Notes under the pieces: generated by a model
The model's database searches: none
The model's input: only the letters and a program-made list of their open reading frames with translations
Told to the model about the DNA's origin: nothing
Program-made: the position numbers and the translations under genes
Source: Candidatus Hydrogenedentota bacterium
GTDB taxonomy: Bacteria > Hydrogenedentota > Hydrogenedentia > Hydrogenedentales > SLHB01
Direction: 5' to 3'
Length of the DNA: 63,595 bases
Assembly: GCA_903925285.1 (NCBI GenBank)
Contig: CAIYET010000115.1
Span: forward strand, 1-63,595
Shown here: positions 1 to 9,099 of the stretch, one piece after another
Numbering within the stretch: position 1 is the stretch's first letter
Layout of the letters: every line of letters begins with the position of its first letter

Positions 1-500
1 CTAACGAGGCGATTCGTGAGAAGTCCGCGCTTTCAAAATCGCGTCGGCGTATATTGGGGCTGTCGTCTTGCATGGCGTCTGTCAATCATTCACCAGTCGG
101 TGTGTGCCGACTGGCTACTTCCATGTGGATCGCGTCGGATGTAATGGGTCGCGTTGAATTTGCATTCTTCTAACGCGGTGAGCGTGATTTCACGGTTCGC
201 TAGCTTCCCGCTCCAAATACCGTTTAGCTAATTACTAGCACATTAGCGATATTTGATGGCTTGCTATTTTTTGTTGCGAACGAGGGCGACGGATTCGAGT
301 TACTCGGTTTGCCTTTTTTACGCTTTCGCCTGCCCGCCTGGGATATATAGTTGGAAGGTAATCACCCATCGCCAACTTTCTGCCTCTATTGCACCCAAGC
401 GCTTCGCTTCCATTGCTATTCCCAGTTTTGTCGAGTGGACTAATCCTGGCGATTTAGTGGAGCGTTTTCGAGATTGTTTTAATTGTGGAAGAACACCTAT

Positions 501-529
501 ATTATCTTCTAAGTCGTCAAGTTTGTCAA
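501..529 (-). promoter_or_regulatory. sigma70-type promoter, leftward
   Basis: Minus strand TTGACA-17 nt-GATAAT. Confidence 0.55.
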
Positions 530-782
530 GGGTTTCAGTCGCGAGGATCGGCGATGGAGCGTCCATTTCGTTAAAGTCCGCCCACCCGCCAAAAGCGAAC
601 GAGCGTTCTAGGTTTATGTCCGGTGACCGTAGAATTCCGTGAGAGCCGAGATCGGCTGGGCGTGGGTATGATTGCGCGTGGCGCGCCGTCGCCCGTTTGG
701 TGCCGCGTGGCGCTCGGCTGTTGGGTGGATCGTGGCGAGGTTGCGGAGGTTCTGCCACTTTAATGCTAGAAGTCAAACGGCA

Positions 783-811
783 TTGACGTTCTGGACAAAC
801 TGGCGTATACT
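783..811 (+). promoter_or_regulatory. sigma70-type promoter for the rightward operon
   Basis: TTGACG-17 nt-TATACT upstream of the first gene (GAGGA RBS, ATG at 924). Confidence 0.65.
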
Positions 812-923
812 AGGAACTGTGCGGATGTGAGTGGGTCTCCTGTCCGCAAAGCCCGCTAGGGCGGGACGATCACGTTCCGCTTCCAGCGGGTTTACTTTAA
901 CAATCGCAGAGAGGAATTTACCA

Positions 924-1637
924 ATGGCGCAATTCAAAGATCGAATCATCGAAATCCGAACCGTCAAAGCCAGCGAGCTAACCGACAACGAGGGCAACTG
1001 GCGCGTCCATCCATCGGCGCAAAAAGATGCGATGGTCGGCATCCTCAACATCACCGACGACGAAGCGGACAAGATGCTCCTGGTCTACGATCCAATTAGC
1101 GCCATGGCAGAGATGGACGGCACCAAGGTCATTGCGCTGACGGATCGCGTGACGACTGACGACTTGTTTCTGCGCGAGGTGCTGCGTAAGCTCGAGCACG
1201 AAGCCAAGTTCACCGACGATGACAACGCCGTGGGCGGGGGATCGCCGGACAAGCCCAAGCCGAACAAGAAGGGCGATGGCATGGGACCGATGGAAATGGA
1301 ACTGATGCCCTTCGAACATTACGACTATCTGATGCTCGCGTTTCGCGATGAACTGTCCTGGCTGTCTGCCGTGAGCGTCATGCACATCGAACGCAAAGCA
1401 GATGCGCGCCGCACGGGCAAGATCGGCTTGTGTCGGGTGCTCGATGGCAAGCAGGTTGTTGAGCGGATCATCGAGCTAGAGCTGGAACTCGCCAAGTATC
1501 GCAACCTGAACAACGCCGCGAACGCCACAATCGCCAAGCGCCAAAGAGGAACGGCGCTTAAAACACGGACGCGGAACGCCGACGCCACCCACGCTTGCAA
1601 ACCGGGCAAGGATCTATCTTCAGGGACGGCGCAATGA
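924..1637 (+). CDS. ParB-like N-terminal domain protein of phage modification loci (core appears internally shortened)
   Basis: Starts RTVKASELTDNEGNWRVHPSAQ and later has EADKMLLVYDPISAMA, the typical start and end of such domains, with little between them; RBS present. Confidence 0.6.
   Translation: MAQFKDRIIEIRTVKASELTDNEGNWRVHPSAQKDAMVGILNITDDEADKMLLVYDPISAMAEMDGTKVIALTDRVTTDDLFLREVLRKLEHEAKFTDDDNAVGGGSPDKPKPNKKGDGMGPMEMELMPFEHYDYLMLAFRDELSWLSAVSVMHIERKADARRTGKIGLCRVLDGKQVVERIIELELELAKYRNLNNAANATIAKRQRGTALKTRTRNADATHACKPGKDLSSGTAQ
1542..1619 (+). repeat. Diverged ~78-bp repeat, copy 1 (copy 2 at 25350-25428)
   Basis: Manual alignment gives about 10 mismatches and 1 gap; both copies encode HACKPGKDLS. 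Confidence 0.85.
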
Positions 1638-2410
1638 AAGTCGTCATTCTTTCCAAAGGGCGCAGCAAGACCATCGCCAAGAATAGTCTGAGACTATTTC
1701 CACGTGCCTTGGTGACAGTAGACGAACGCGAGGTCGCCGACTATAACTCGGTCGTGCCGCGCGACCAGCTCGTCCCGCATCCCCCTCTGCGATTCGTCGC
1801 CGAGATCCGCAACTGGGTCATCGATAATATCAAGGACAATGAGATCGTCATGGCAGACGATGACTGCACGTTCTTGATGTCGAAAACTGGACTCAGTCCC
1901 CGCCGCTATATCGAACCCGCTGTGATCGAGCAAGTCTTCGAGAACTCTTCCGAATGCGCCAAGGGCTTTGGGTGCAGCTTGTTCGGATGGTCTCACATGC
2001 CCAACCCCATCTACCAATACATGCCGAACGATCCCATCTATCTCGATGAGTGGGTCAGCACGGTGTTTGGCATCATCGGCAAAGACTATCACTTTGACGA
2101 AGAGTTCAAGTACGCTGGCGAGGACATTGATTTCTCGCTCCAGCACTTGATGAAAGAACGCATTATCTTCGTCGACACGCGTTTCCATTTCGCGGTGGAC
2201 AATGTTCCCGGCGGTCAGGACGCCAACCGCTCGCTCGAACGCGACAAAGCGGATCGTGAATACCTTCTGCGCAAGTGGGGAAAATTCGTTTCGGCTGGAT
2301 TCAAAGACAGTGATCATGGTCGCGTCCACGCTAACTCGGATGGTTTGGGTCCGCCCTACAAGTCGGTGCATGTGGCTCGCCGGCAAGGTCGCCAGTCGTG
2401 GGCAGAGTAA
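1634..2410 (+). CDS. TAGT/GREB1-like GT-A fold glycosyltransferase
   Basis: VVILSKGR, IRNWVID, IVMADDD (DxD) and EDIDFSLQ motifs; adjacent to a ParB-like gene. Confidence 0.7.
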   Translation: MKVVILSKGRSKTIAKNSLRLFPRALVTVDEREVADYNSVVPRDQLVPHPPLRFVAEIRNWVIDNIKDNEIVMADDDCTFLMSKTGLSPRRYIEPAVIEQVFENSSECAKGFGCSLFGWSHMPNPIYQYMPNDPIYLDEWVSTVFGIIGKDYHFDEEFKYAGEDIDFSLQHLMKERIIFVDTRFHFAVDNVPGGQDANRSLERDKADREYLLRKWGKFVSAGFKDSDHGRVHANSDGLGPPYKSVHVARRQGRQSWAE

Positions 2411-3277
2411 ACGCGCTCGTCACCAGCGTCGGCGCCATCATCGGCTATGGGACCGCAACCAGGTCGATCTGGTCTTTTTCGGCGGTGAAGCCGAGATCCA
2501 TCGAATCCACGATGAACCCAATTGCGCGGCTTCGATGGGTTCGGCTTCTTCGGGTTTGCGCTTGAGCCAAACTTGTCGTCCGTCCTTGGTACCTTGATAC
2601 GCCCAGCGCATCTTCCAATTTTCGCGCCAATCAACGTCCCAAAGTTCAGGGAACATTCCCCAGCCGTGCTGACTGACGCGGGAATCCGTACGATCCATTC
2701 ATTGCCGCGATGGTGTGATTACAAGACTGCCAGCGCGATGCTGGGACATCCGTTCTTGGTCAAGCCGCGACGATCCAGCGCATCAAAAGGCATTGTCACG
2801 ATAAGATCGCAGGACGACTTTGATTACTGGCTTATGAAACTGGGTGACAATTTCATGGCGCAGGAGATCGTCGGCGACAACGAGCACGAGTACACGGTGG
2901 GCGCCTTCGGGCTGGGCGACGGATCGATCTCGCAGTCCATCGCAATGGTCAGGACGCTGAGTCGCGAGGGATCCACGGCGCGTGCCAGCGTGGTGGATCT
3001 GCCCGAACTGGACGCGGAAGTGCAACGCCTGGCGCGCCTCTTGAAACCGCTCGGTCCAACCAACTTTCAATTCCGCCGGCACGAAGGAAACTATCTCCTG
3101 CTCGAAGTCAACCCGCGCTTCTCATCGTCGCTCTCAATTCGCACGGCGTTCGGATTCAACGAGCCAGAAATGTGCATCGAGTATTTTCTCAATGGTCAGG
3201 TGCCAGCGCGCGCCGAGATCAAACACGGCAACGCCGTCCGTTACATCGAAGATGTAATTACTTTAGAGGCAGGATGA
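2407..3277 (+). pseudogene. ATP-grasp (carbamoyl-phosphate-synthase-like) ligase with fragmented N-terminus
   Basis: C-terminal frame 2522-3277 has PFLVKPRRSSASKG, EYTVG, NFQFR and LLEVNPRFSSS; N-terminal pieces (ALVTSVGAIIGYG and VDLVFFGGEAE) lie in other frames at ~2410-2500. Confidence 0.7.
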
Positions 3278-4026
3278 AGCGAGTTGCGATCCATCAACCG
3301 CACTACTTTCCGTGGCTGGGGCTTTTGCATAAGATCGCGCAGAGCGATGTGTTCATCGTGCTCGACAATGTTCAATTCAATCGCCAAGACTATCAGCATC
3401 GGTCGATGTATTCAACGCAAACAGGCGCCAAGTGGCTGACCATCCCAGTGGGCGAGTCGAATCGCGATACAACCGAAATCTGTGCGATCCATTACGGCAC
3501 CACGCCAGAGCGGGTCTATGGTCAGCACTTCAAGACGTTGCAATTTCGGTACGGCAAGGCGCCAGGTTGGAAACAAACGGCGGATCGATTGCGCCAAGTC
3601 TTCGACTGTCCCGAAGGTCAGGGCTGGGGCTATGGCACAATGACGCCTATGCAGCTCATCATGGACTCGATGAAACTGACACTAGATCTGTTCGGAATCA
3701 ACACGCCAATGGTCTTTGCCTCATCGCTCGACGTGACTGGCAAAAAAGACGAGCTGATGCTGAACCTCACACGCGCGGTCGGTGGGGATGTTTATCTTTC
3801 TGGCACCGGCGCGCGCTCGTACTTGCGCGAGTCGCTATTTACTGACGTGAAATTAGAGTGGCAGGCGTTTGAACATCCGATCTATCCGCAACGCCACCTG
3901 GGCGCATTCGTGCGCGGATGTATGGGGTTGGATTTCTACCTAGAAGATGCGGAAACAGCGCAACAGTACGCCAACCTCTGGAGCCAGAATGAGAATCCTT
4001 GTCGTCTCGCCGCACGCCGACGATGA
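3274..4026 (+). CDS. wbqC: WbqC family protein
   Basis: AIHQPHYFPWLG...SDVFIVLDNVQF and YLSGTGARSYL motifs. Confidence 0.9.
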   Translation: MKRVAIHQPHYFPWLGLLHKIAQSDVFIVLDNVQFNRQDYQHRSMYSTQTGAKWLTIPVGESNRDTTEICAIHYGTTPERVYGQHFKTLQFRYGKAPGWKQTADRLRQVFDCPEGQGWGYGTMTPMQLIMDSMKLTLDLFGINTPMVFASSLDVTGKKDELMLNLTRAVGGDVYLSGTGARSYLRESLFTDVKLEWQAFEHPIYPQRHLGAFVRGCMGLDFYLEDAETAQQYANLWSQNENPCRLAARRR

Positions 4027-4665
4027 AACCGTGAGCTGTGGCGGCATGATCGCACGCGCCGTGCAAGAGGCAACACGGTGGACTTGGTCGTTGTGTCCAT
4101 CGGAACGACGCACCATCGCTCGGATGGTCAGATCAAATCAACGCTTGAACAGCGGCGCGATGAACTGGGTCAAGCGGTCAAGGTGCTGGGAATCGCGAGT
4201 GCTGAGGTGATGTTTGAGAATATGGATGGTCAGCTCGACACGATGCCGCGGTACGAGATCATCTCGCGCCTAGACGGCATCTTGGATCGCGGCTACGATC
4301 AGATTTATTTTCCATACGCTTCGCACCATCAAGACCATCAAGTCGTTTACGAATCGTGTTTCAGCGCCTTGCGCCAAGGAGCGCGAAAGAACAATCCATC
4401 GCTCGCGGCGATGTACGAATACACCTACATCGGCTGGTTGCCAATGGGCATCCAAGGCGGGCATTACTATGTGGACATCTCATCGTTCATGGGAAAGAAG
4501 ATCGTCGCGCTTCAATGCTACGCGTCTCAACTTTCGACACCCGATCACCCGATCTCGGCACAATCCATCGAATCATTGGCGCGGATGCGCGGGATGGAAT
4601 CTGGATTCACGTACGCCGAAATGTTTTATCTCGTGCGGATGGTCAAAGGCATGGAATTTTTGTGA
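3989..4665 (+). pseudogene. PIG-L/LmbE family deacetylase, split by a 1-nt frameshift near 4070
   Basis: ILVVSPHADDE...CGG in one frame, HQDH and KIVALQCYASQ in the next; one extra G in GAGGCAAC restores the frame. Confidence 0.85.
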
Positions 4666-4852
4666 TTGCTCCTTGGTACGTCATGGCATACACGCAACTC
4701 GAACGAATTGCGCGCTTGCATTGCATGGTTCAATGGCACGCGACCTAGACATTATCGCTGTTCCTTGGGTGAGCGATTCTGACAGTCCCGAAAAATTATT
4801 AAAAGCGTTCTATCGGTTCATTACTATAAAAGCGAAAGTAAAATATCGATGA
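4662..4852 (+). pseudogene. Degenerate phage hypothetical gene with a nucleotidyltransferase-like motif
   Basis: ALALHGSMARDLDIIAVPW is out of frame with upstream APWYVMAYTQLERIAR. Confidence 0.4.
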
Positions 4853-4965
4853 ACGACGCTGGCAAGACAGTAGCCGTTTATCACTTGGGTGGCTTTGCAC
4901 TCCCAACAAAGAGTAACTAATTAACAATCTGGGTGGGGTCAAGCCGAATCATTGAAAGTGGAAGT

Positions 4966-5856
4966 ATGCTACTAACAACACCGATCAATTTGCTCACGCA
5001 TCGACCCGACGCTATCGAGATCGAGCGCGCCGGCATTCCCGACCTGCGCGAACGGCGTGGGGAATGGGCTGTCAAGCAGTACGTGCATTGGCGCGGCACC
5101 TACCAGGGTGACGATGTCTTCATCAAGTTCAGGCACAAACACAATCGCACCCGCGAAGAGGTCGCCTATCATCAGTGGTGCGATGAGATCAAGCAATACT
5201 TTGAGCTGAACAAGATGAGCACGTGCGTGGTCTACAACAGCAAGGAAGGGTACGGCATCATGCAGCAATGGTGGCCAACCTACGGGCGATTGCGCGAGCC
5301 ACCGGTCCGACCTTATTACGCCAAGCCAGAGAACATGATCGAACTGCTGAAGATCTCCTTCTTCGATGCGATGATCGGATCGCTCGACCGGCACGGCAAC
5401 AACGTGCTGTGCGTGCGCGGCGAGGGGTGCGGACTGAACTTCAAACTGCCAACGACCGATGAGTCGGTATTCTATCAAGGACCGGGCTGGAACGCACCGA
5501 AATCGCTTGACCGTACGCTGCTGACCATCGATGACGAGGATGTTTTCTACGACAAACAGCGCCCGATCGTGCGCTTCGATGCCACCATCAAGCGCGGGAT
5601 GGTGCTGATGCTCGCGCGCAACAAAAATGAGATGGACGCCTACCGCCAGCGCGTGCTGGCGCAAGCGGAAAGCATCTTGCTGCTCGCCGACTTTGAGCTG
5701 ATGCACCGAGGCGGATATTATCATACGCTTGAGAACAACCTAAAGCATTCCGAGGATCTGTGGCAGATCGTCCTCAGTGACTTGGGCATGCCTGACATCA
5801 ATACAGAAGAGCTATGGTCAGTCGTCCTGCGCGACTTGAGAAAGCAAGATGCCTAA
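4966..5856 (+). CDS. HipA/PI3K-PI4K-like kinase
   Basis: VFIK, REEVAY, FFDAMIGSLDRHGNNVL (catalytic DRHxxN) and LLTIDDE. Confidence 0.75.
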   Translation: MLLTTPINLLTHRPDAIEIERAGIPDLRERRGEWAVKQYVHWRGTYQGDDVFIKFRHKHNRTREEVAYHQWCDEIKQYFELNKMSTCVVYNSKEGYGIMQQWWPTYGRLREPPVRPYYAKPENMIELLKISFFDAMIGSLDRHGNNVLCVRGEGCGLNFKLPTTDESVFYQGPGWNAPKSLDRTLLTIDDEDVFYDKQRPIVRFDATIKRGMVLMLARNKNEMDAYRQRVLAQAESILLLADFELMHRGGYYHTLENNLKHSEDLWQIVLSDLGMPDINTEELWSVVLRDLRKQDA

Positions 5857-6508
5857 CGATATTGACCGACTGCCGTGGGATCAGGAACCTGGCGAGCCAA
5901 CCAAACACTTTGACAGGTTTGTGCGCTACAAGCTGATCGGACCCGACCGCACGCTGTACTCGGCCTATAACCAGTTCAAGGCACGCGGGGGCTCGGAAGG
6001 GCGTGTCTTTGCGGTGCCGGGAGCGTGGCGGAAGATCGCGAAACAATGGCGCTGGCAGGAGCGCGCTGAGGCATGGGATGCCGAGCAAAGGCGCGTGGAA
6101 GAAGCCAAGTGGCAGGCACGCCGCGCTGAACTGCGCGAACAAGAATGGGGCACTGCCACGCTGCTGCTGGACAAAGTGGCGCGTATGCTCAGTTTCCCAG
6201 TGGAACAAACCACGCGTTCAGTCACGAGCGCGGATGGGCAAACCATCAACACCACGATCATCAACCCAGCGCGCTGGTCGTTCGCCGATGCCGCCCGCCT
6301 GCTGGACGCATCGAGCAAGGTGCGCCGGCTTGCCGCTGAGATGGAAACCAGCCACGACGTCATCGAGCAAACCACGTCATGGGAAGATGAGCTGCTGGCC
6401 ATCTACAAAGACGGCAAGGTGACGCTGGAACGAATCGAGGAAGAGTTTGGACCAAACATCGCTGCGCGAATCTCTGCCCGGTCAGGCATACTACCAAGCA
6501 AAGCTTGA
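5849..6508 (+). CDS. Terminase small subunit (putative)
   Basis: WDQEPGE...F..Y and W...WRWQERAEAWD pattern; directly upstream of terL. Confidence 0.65.
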   Translation: MPNDIDRLPWDQEPGEPTKHFDRFVRYKLIGPDRTLYSAYNQFKARGGSEGRVFAVPGAWRKIAKQWRWQERAEAWDAEQRRVEEAKWQARRAELREQEWGTATLLLDKVARMLSFPVEQTTRSVTSADGQTINTTIINPARWSFADAARLLDASSKVRRLAAEMETSHDVIEQTTSWEDELLAIYKDGKVTLERIEEEFGPNIAARISARSGILPSKA

Positions 6509-8264
6509 GAAACTGCGTGGCGAGATCGAGCGCGAGGATCGCCTGCCCGATCCAGTGGACTGGATTCAAACCAACTTCTATATCATCGAGACCCGGGCAC
6601 CGCTCACCTTAGCCAAATACCAAGCGGCGGCATTGCGCGCCGCCATGGAACGCGATGAAACAACGGGGCTTTTCAAGTACAGCACGATAGTATGGTCTGA
6701 CTTGAAGAAGAGCGCCAAGACCACAATCGCTGGGGCAGTCTCGCTCTACTTTGCCTGCAACCGAAGACATGCGCGCATTCGCCTGGTGGGCAACGACTTG
6801 AAGCAAGCGGACTCGCGTGTGTTTCAGATGATCGCCGACTGCTGCAAGATGAACCCAGAGCTTGCAAAGGTCAGCCAAGTCACCCAGCACGCGGTCAAGT
6901 TCAAAAACGGGTCGGTGATTGAATCCGTCCCAGTGGATCCAAGCGGCGAAGCCGGCGGCAACGATGATCTCGTCGAATGGACGGAACTCTGGGCGGCTAA
7001 TGGTCAACCGCATCAAAAGATGTGGAGCGAGATGACGCTATCGCCGCTCAAGTACGGCAGATCATTTCGCTGGACGGATACTTATGCCGGCTACACGGGC
7101 GAGAGTCCGATCCTCGAGCAACTGTATCAAACTGGGGTGAAGGAAGGGCGCAAGCTCGATCTACGTGCCAGCGGCGCGCCCAAGGACTTGGAAGTATTTG
7201 CGAACGACGCCGCCCGCTTGTTTGTGCTATGGAACACGGAGCCGCGTCTGCCGTGGCAAACGCCTGAATACTATGCCCAGGAGCAAGCGTCGCTGACCGA
7301 AAGCGAATTTCTGCGTTTGCATCGAAATCAATGGACAATGAATTCTGAAGAGATCTTCGTGCCGTCCGAGTGGTGGGAAGCATGTCAAGTCGAGATTCCA
7401 CCGATCAAACGTGAAACCTTGTTTGTTTCAATGGATGCTGGGATTAGCTCGGACTGCTTCGCTATCGTCGCCGCGTCTCGCGTCAAAGGCAAAGCGGCGG
7501 TGCGTTATGCGCGAGCGTGGTATCCCAAGAAGGGGCAGAAGCTAGAATTTCGCAACGAAGAGAATCCCGATGACCCGGACTATCCTGAAGGCGAGCTGCT
7601 GCGCCTCATCAGGCGCTACAACGTGATCGAGGTTTGCTACGACCCATACCAACTGCACGACATGGCAACGCGGCTGAAGGGCAAAGCGAATTTCTACGAA
7701 TTTTCGCAAGGGAGCGAACGCGCGCTGGCGGACAAGCAACTGCGTGATGCCATCCGCGACCGCAACCTCTTGCACAATGGCGATCACGAGCTGACCAAGC
7801 ATGTGCGCAACGCGAACATCAAACACGCGACGGAGATCAGCAAGCTGCGCCTGGTCAAGCGCGCACCCAACATGAAGATCGATCTCGCGGTCGCGATGTC
7901 CATGGCGGTGCATCGCTGCTTGTTCGGCGCAACGGTCGCGGAAGAGTGGCTTGCCGCGGTAGGCACCAATCCGCAAGCGGCACCGCTGGAAGAGAATGAC
8001 TGGGCGCGTTTGCCGATACGCCCAGGGCAACCTGACTATGTCGTGCCGCGCATTACGCTCGATGGGCAAACGGCTGAAGCGACCAAGCCAAAACCGAAGC
8101 GACGCAAGACCATCGAGGTGGAAGTAGAAGAGGACGCTGAACCGACCCAGGAGCCGCAACACGCACCAGCGGAGATGCCAGCGCCGAGACCTGATCCAAC
8201 CATGGCGGATCGCCTGGGCATCCCACGTGTGGGCGGTGGACTGCCACCGCAACGCCGACGATAA
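6447..8264 (+). CDS. terL: Terminase large subunit with a Pro-rich C-terminal extension
   Basis: Walker A variant KKSAKTT, Walker B-like VEWTELW, RNase H-like SMDAGISSD, CYDPYQ and KIDLAVAMSMA. Confidence 0.9.
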   Translation: MDQTSLRESLPGQAYYQAKLEKLRGEIEREDRLPDPVDWIQTNFYIIETRAPLTLAKYQAAALRAAMERDETTGLFKYSTIVWSDLKKSAKTTIAGAVSLYFACNRRHARIRLVGNDLKQADSRVFQMIADCCKMNPELAKVSQVTQHAVKFKNGSVIESVPVDPSGEAGGNDDLVEWTELWAANGQPHQKMWSEMTLSPLKYGRSFRWTDTYAGYTGESPILEQLYQTGVKEGRKLDLRASGAPKDLEVFANDAARLFVLWNTEPRLPWQTPEYYAQEQASLTESEFLRLHRNQWTMNSEEIFVPSEWWEACQVEIPPIKRETLFVSMDAGISSDCFAIVAASRVKGKAAVRYARAWYPKKGQKLEFRNEENPDDPDYPEGELLRLIRRYNVIEVCYDPYQLHDMATRLKGKANFYEFSQGSERALADKQLRDAIRDRNLLHNGDHELTKHVRNANIKHATEISKLRLVKRAPNMKIDLAVAMSMAVHRCLFGATVAEEWLAAVGTNPQAAPLEENDWARLPIRPGQPDYVVPRITLDGQTAEATKPKPKRRKTIEVEVEEDAEPTQEPQHAPAEMPAPRPDPTMADRLGIPRVGGGLPPQRRR

Positions 8265-8551
8265 TGGGGACAGTCTCTTACAGTGAGCAACGGCATTGAC
8301 ACCGTTTTATGCGACCCTACAATGGGAAGTTTCAATGGAATCACGACTTGCTTTCCGAGCTGGCACGGGTTGCACGCAAGAGAATAATTTTTCAGCATTG
8401 GTTTATTCCAGCGAACAAGATGGGTCTTTATAAAAAAGCTCAAGAAAAATTCGCAATGTCTTGCGTGTATGGCAAGGTCAAACGTATTTTGGGCGCGCGC
8501 AGATCATCAGCGTGTTTGACGCACGATAAAAGATTGGAAGTATACTCGTAA
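8264..8551 (+). pseudogene. Remnant of a DPPY-type methyltransferase
   Basis: DTVLCDP, PYNGKFQWNHDLLSELARVARKRII and WQGQTYFGRAQIISVFD are split by frameshifts. Confidence 0.55.
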
Positions 8552-9066
8552 TGAATCCGAAACAGCAAACCCAGCGACCGGCAGCCATTACTCAGCCAGT
8601 TTCAACGGCAAAGCAACCGCCACCCCCTGACCTCGAATTGCACACGTCAAAGCGAGTGCGCGCTGGGATCGGCGACCCAGCCACCCGCATCGCAAAGCTC
8701 GAGCAGCAGGTCGCGGCGTTGCAAGCGGCTGACCAGGCGCCACGTGCTACGATCCTGCGCCTGCGCGATTTTATCGAAGACACGTTCGACCGCGCGCGCT
8801 GGGATCTGCCGGCGCTGTCCTCGCTGCGCTCGACGGTTGACCAAGAAGCAAGACGCGAGCAACTAGGATTCCTGCACGCGTGCGTCACGATCTGGGAGAA
8901 GATGGGCGAGGCAACGCCCGATGACATTGTAATGATGGTCATGGCAATGAGCGGACAGGAAGACAAACTGAAGGGTATACTCCAAGGGCAAATGGTGATT
9001 CAAGCGCCGGCTCGTGGTGGTCCACCCCCAGTGGGAAGCACGATCCCGATCGTGCCAACGGAATAG
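8551..9066 (+). CDS. Hypothetical protein
   Basis: 171 aa ORF between terL and the portal. Confidence 0.65.
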   Translation: MNPKQQTQRPAAITQPVSTAKQPPPPDLELHTSKRVRAGIGDPATRIAKLEQQVAALQAADQAPRATILRLRDFIEDTFDRARWDLPALSSLRSTVDQEARREQLGFLHACVTIWEKMGEATPDDIVMMVMAMSGQEDKLKGILQGQMVIQAPARGGPPPVGSTIPIVPTE

Positions 9067-9099
9067 GATGCCGCGCTCGAGTAGGGCGCAAGGAAGAAC

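Noticed and set aside
253-776. ORFs 253-642 (+) and 318-776 (-)
   Set aside because: No recognisable motifs, and they overlap a promoter-like AT-rich stretch
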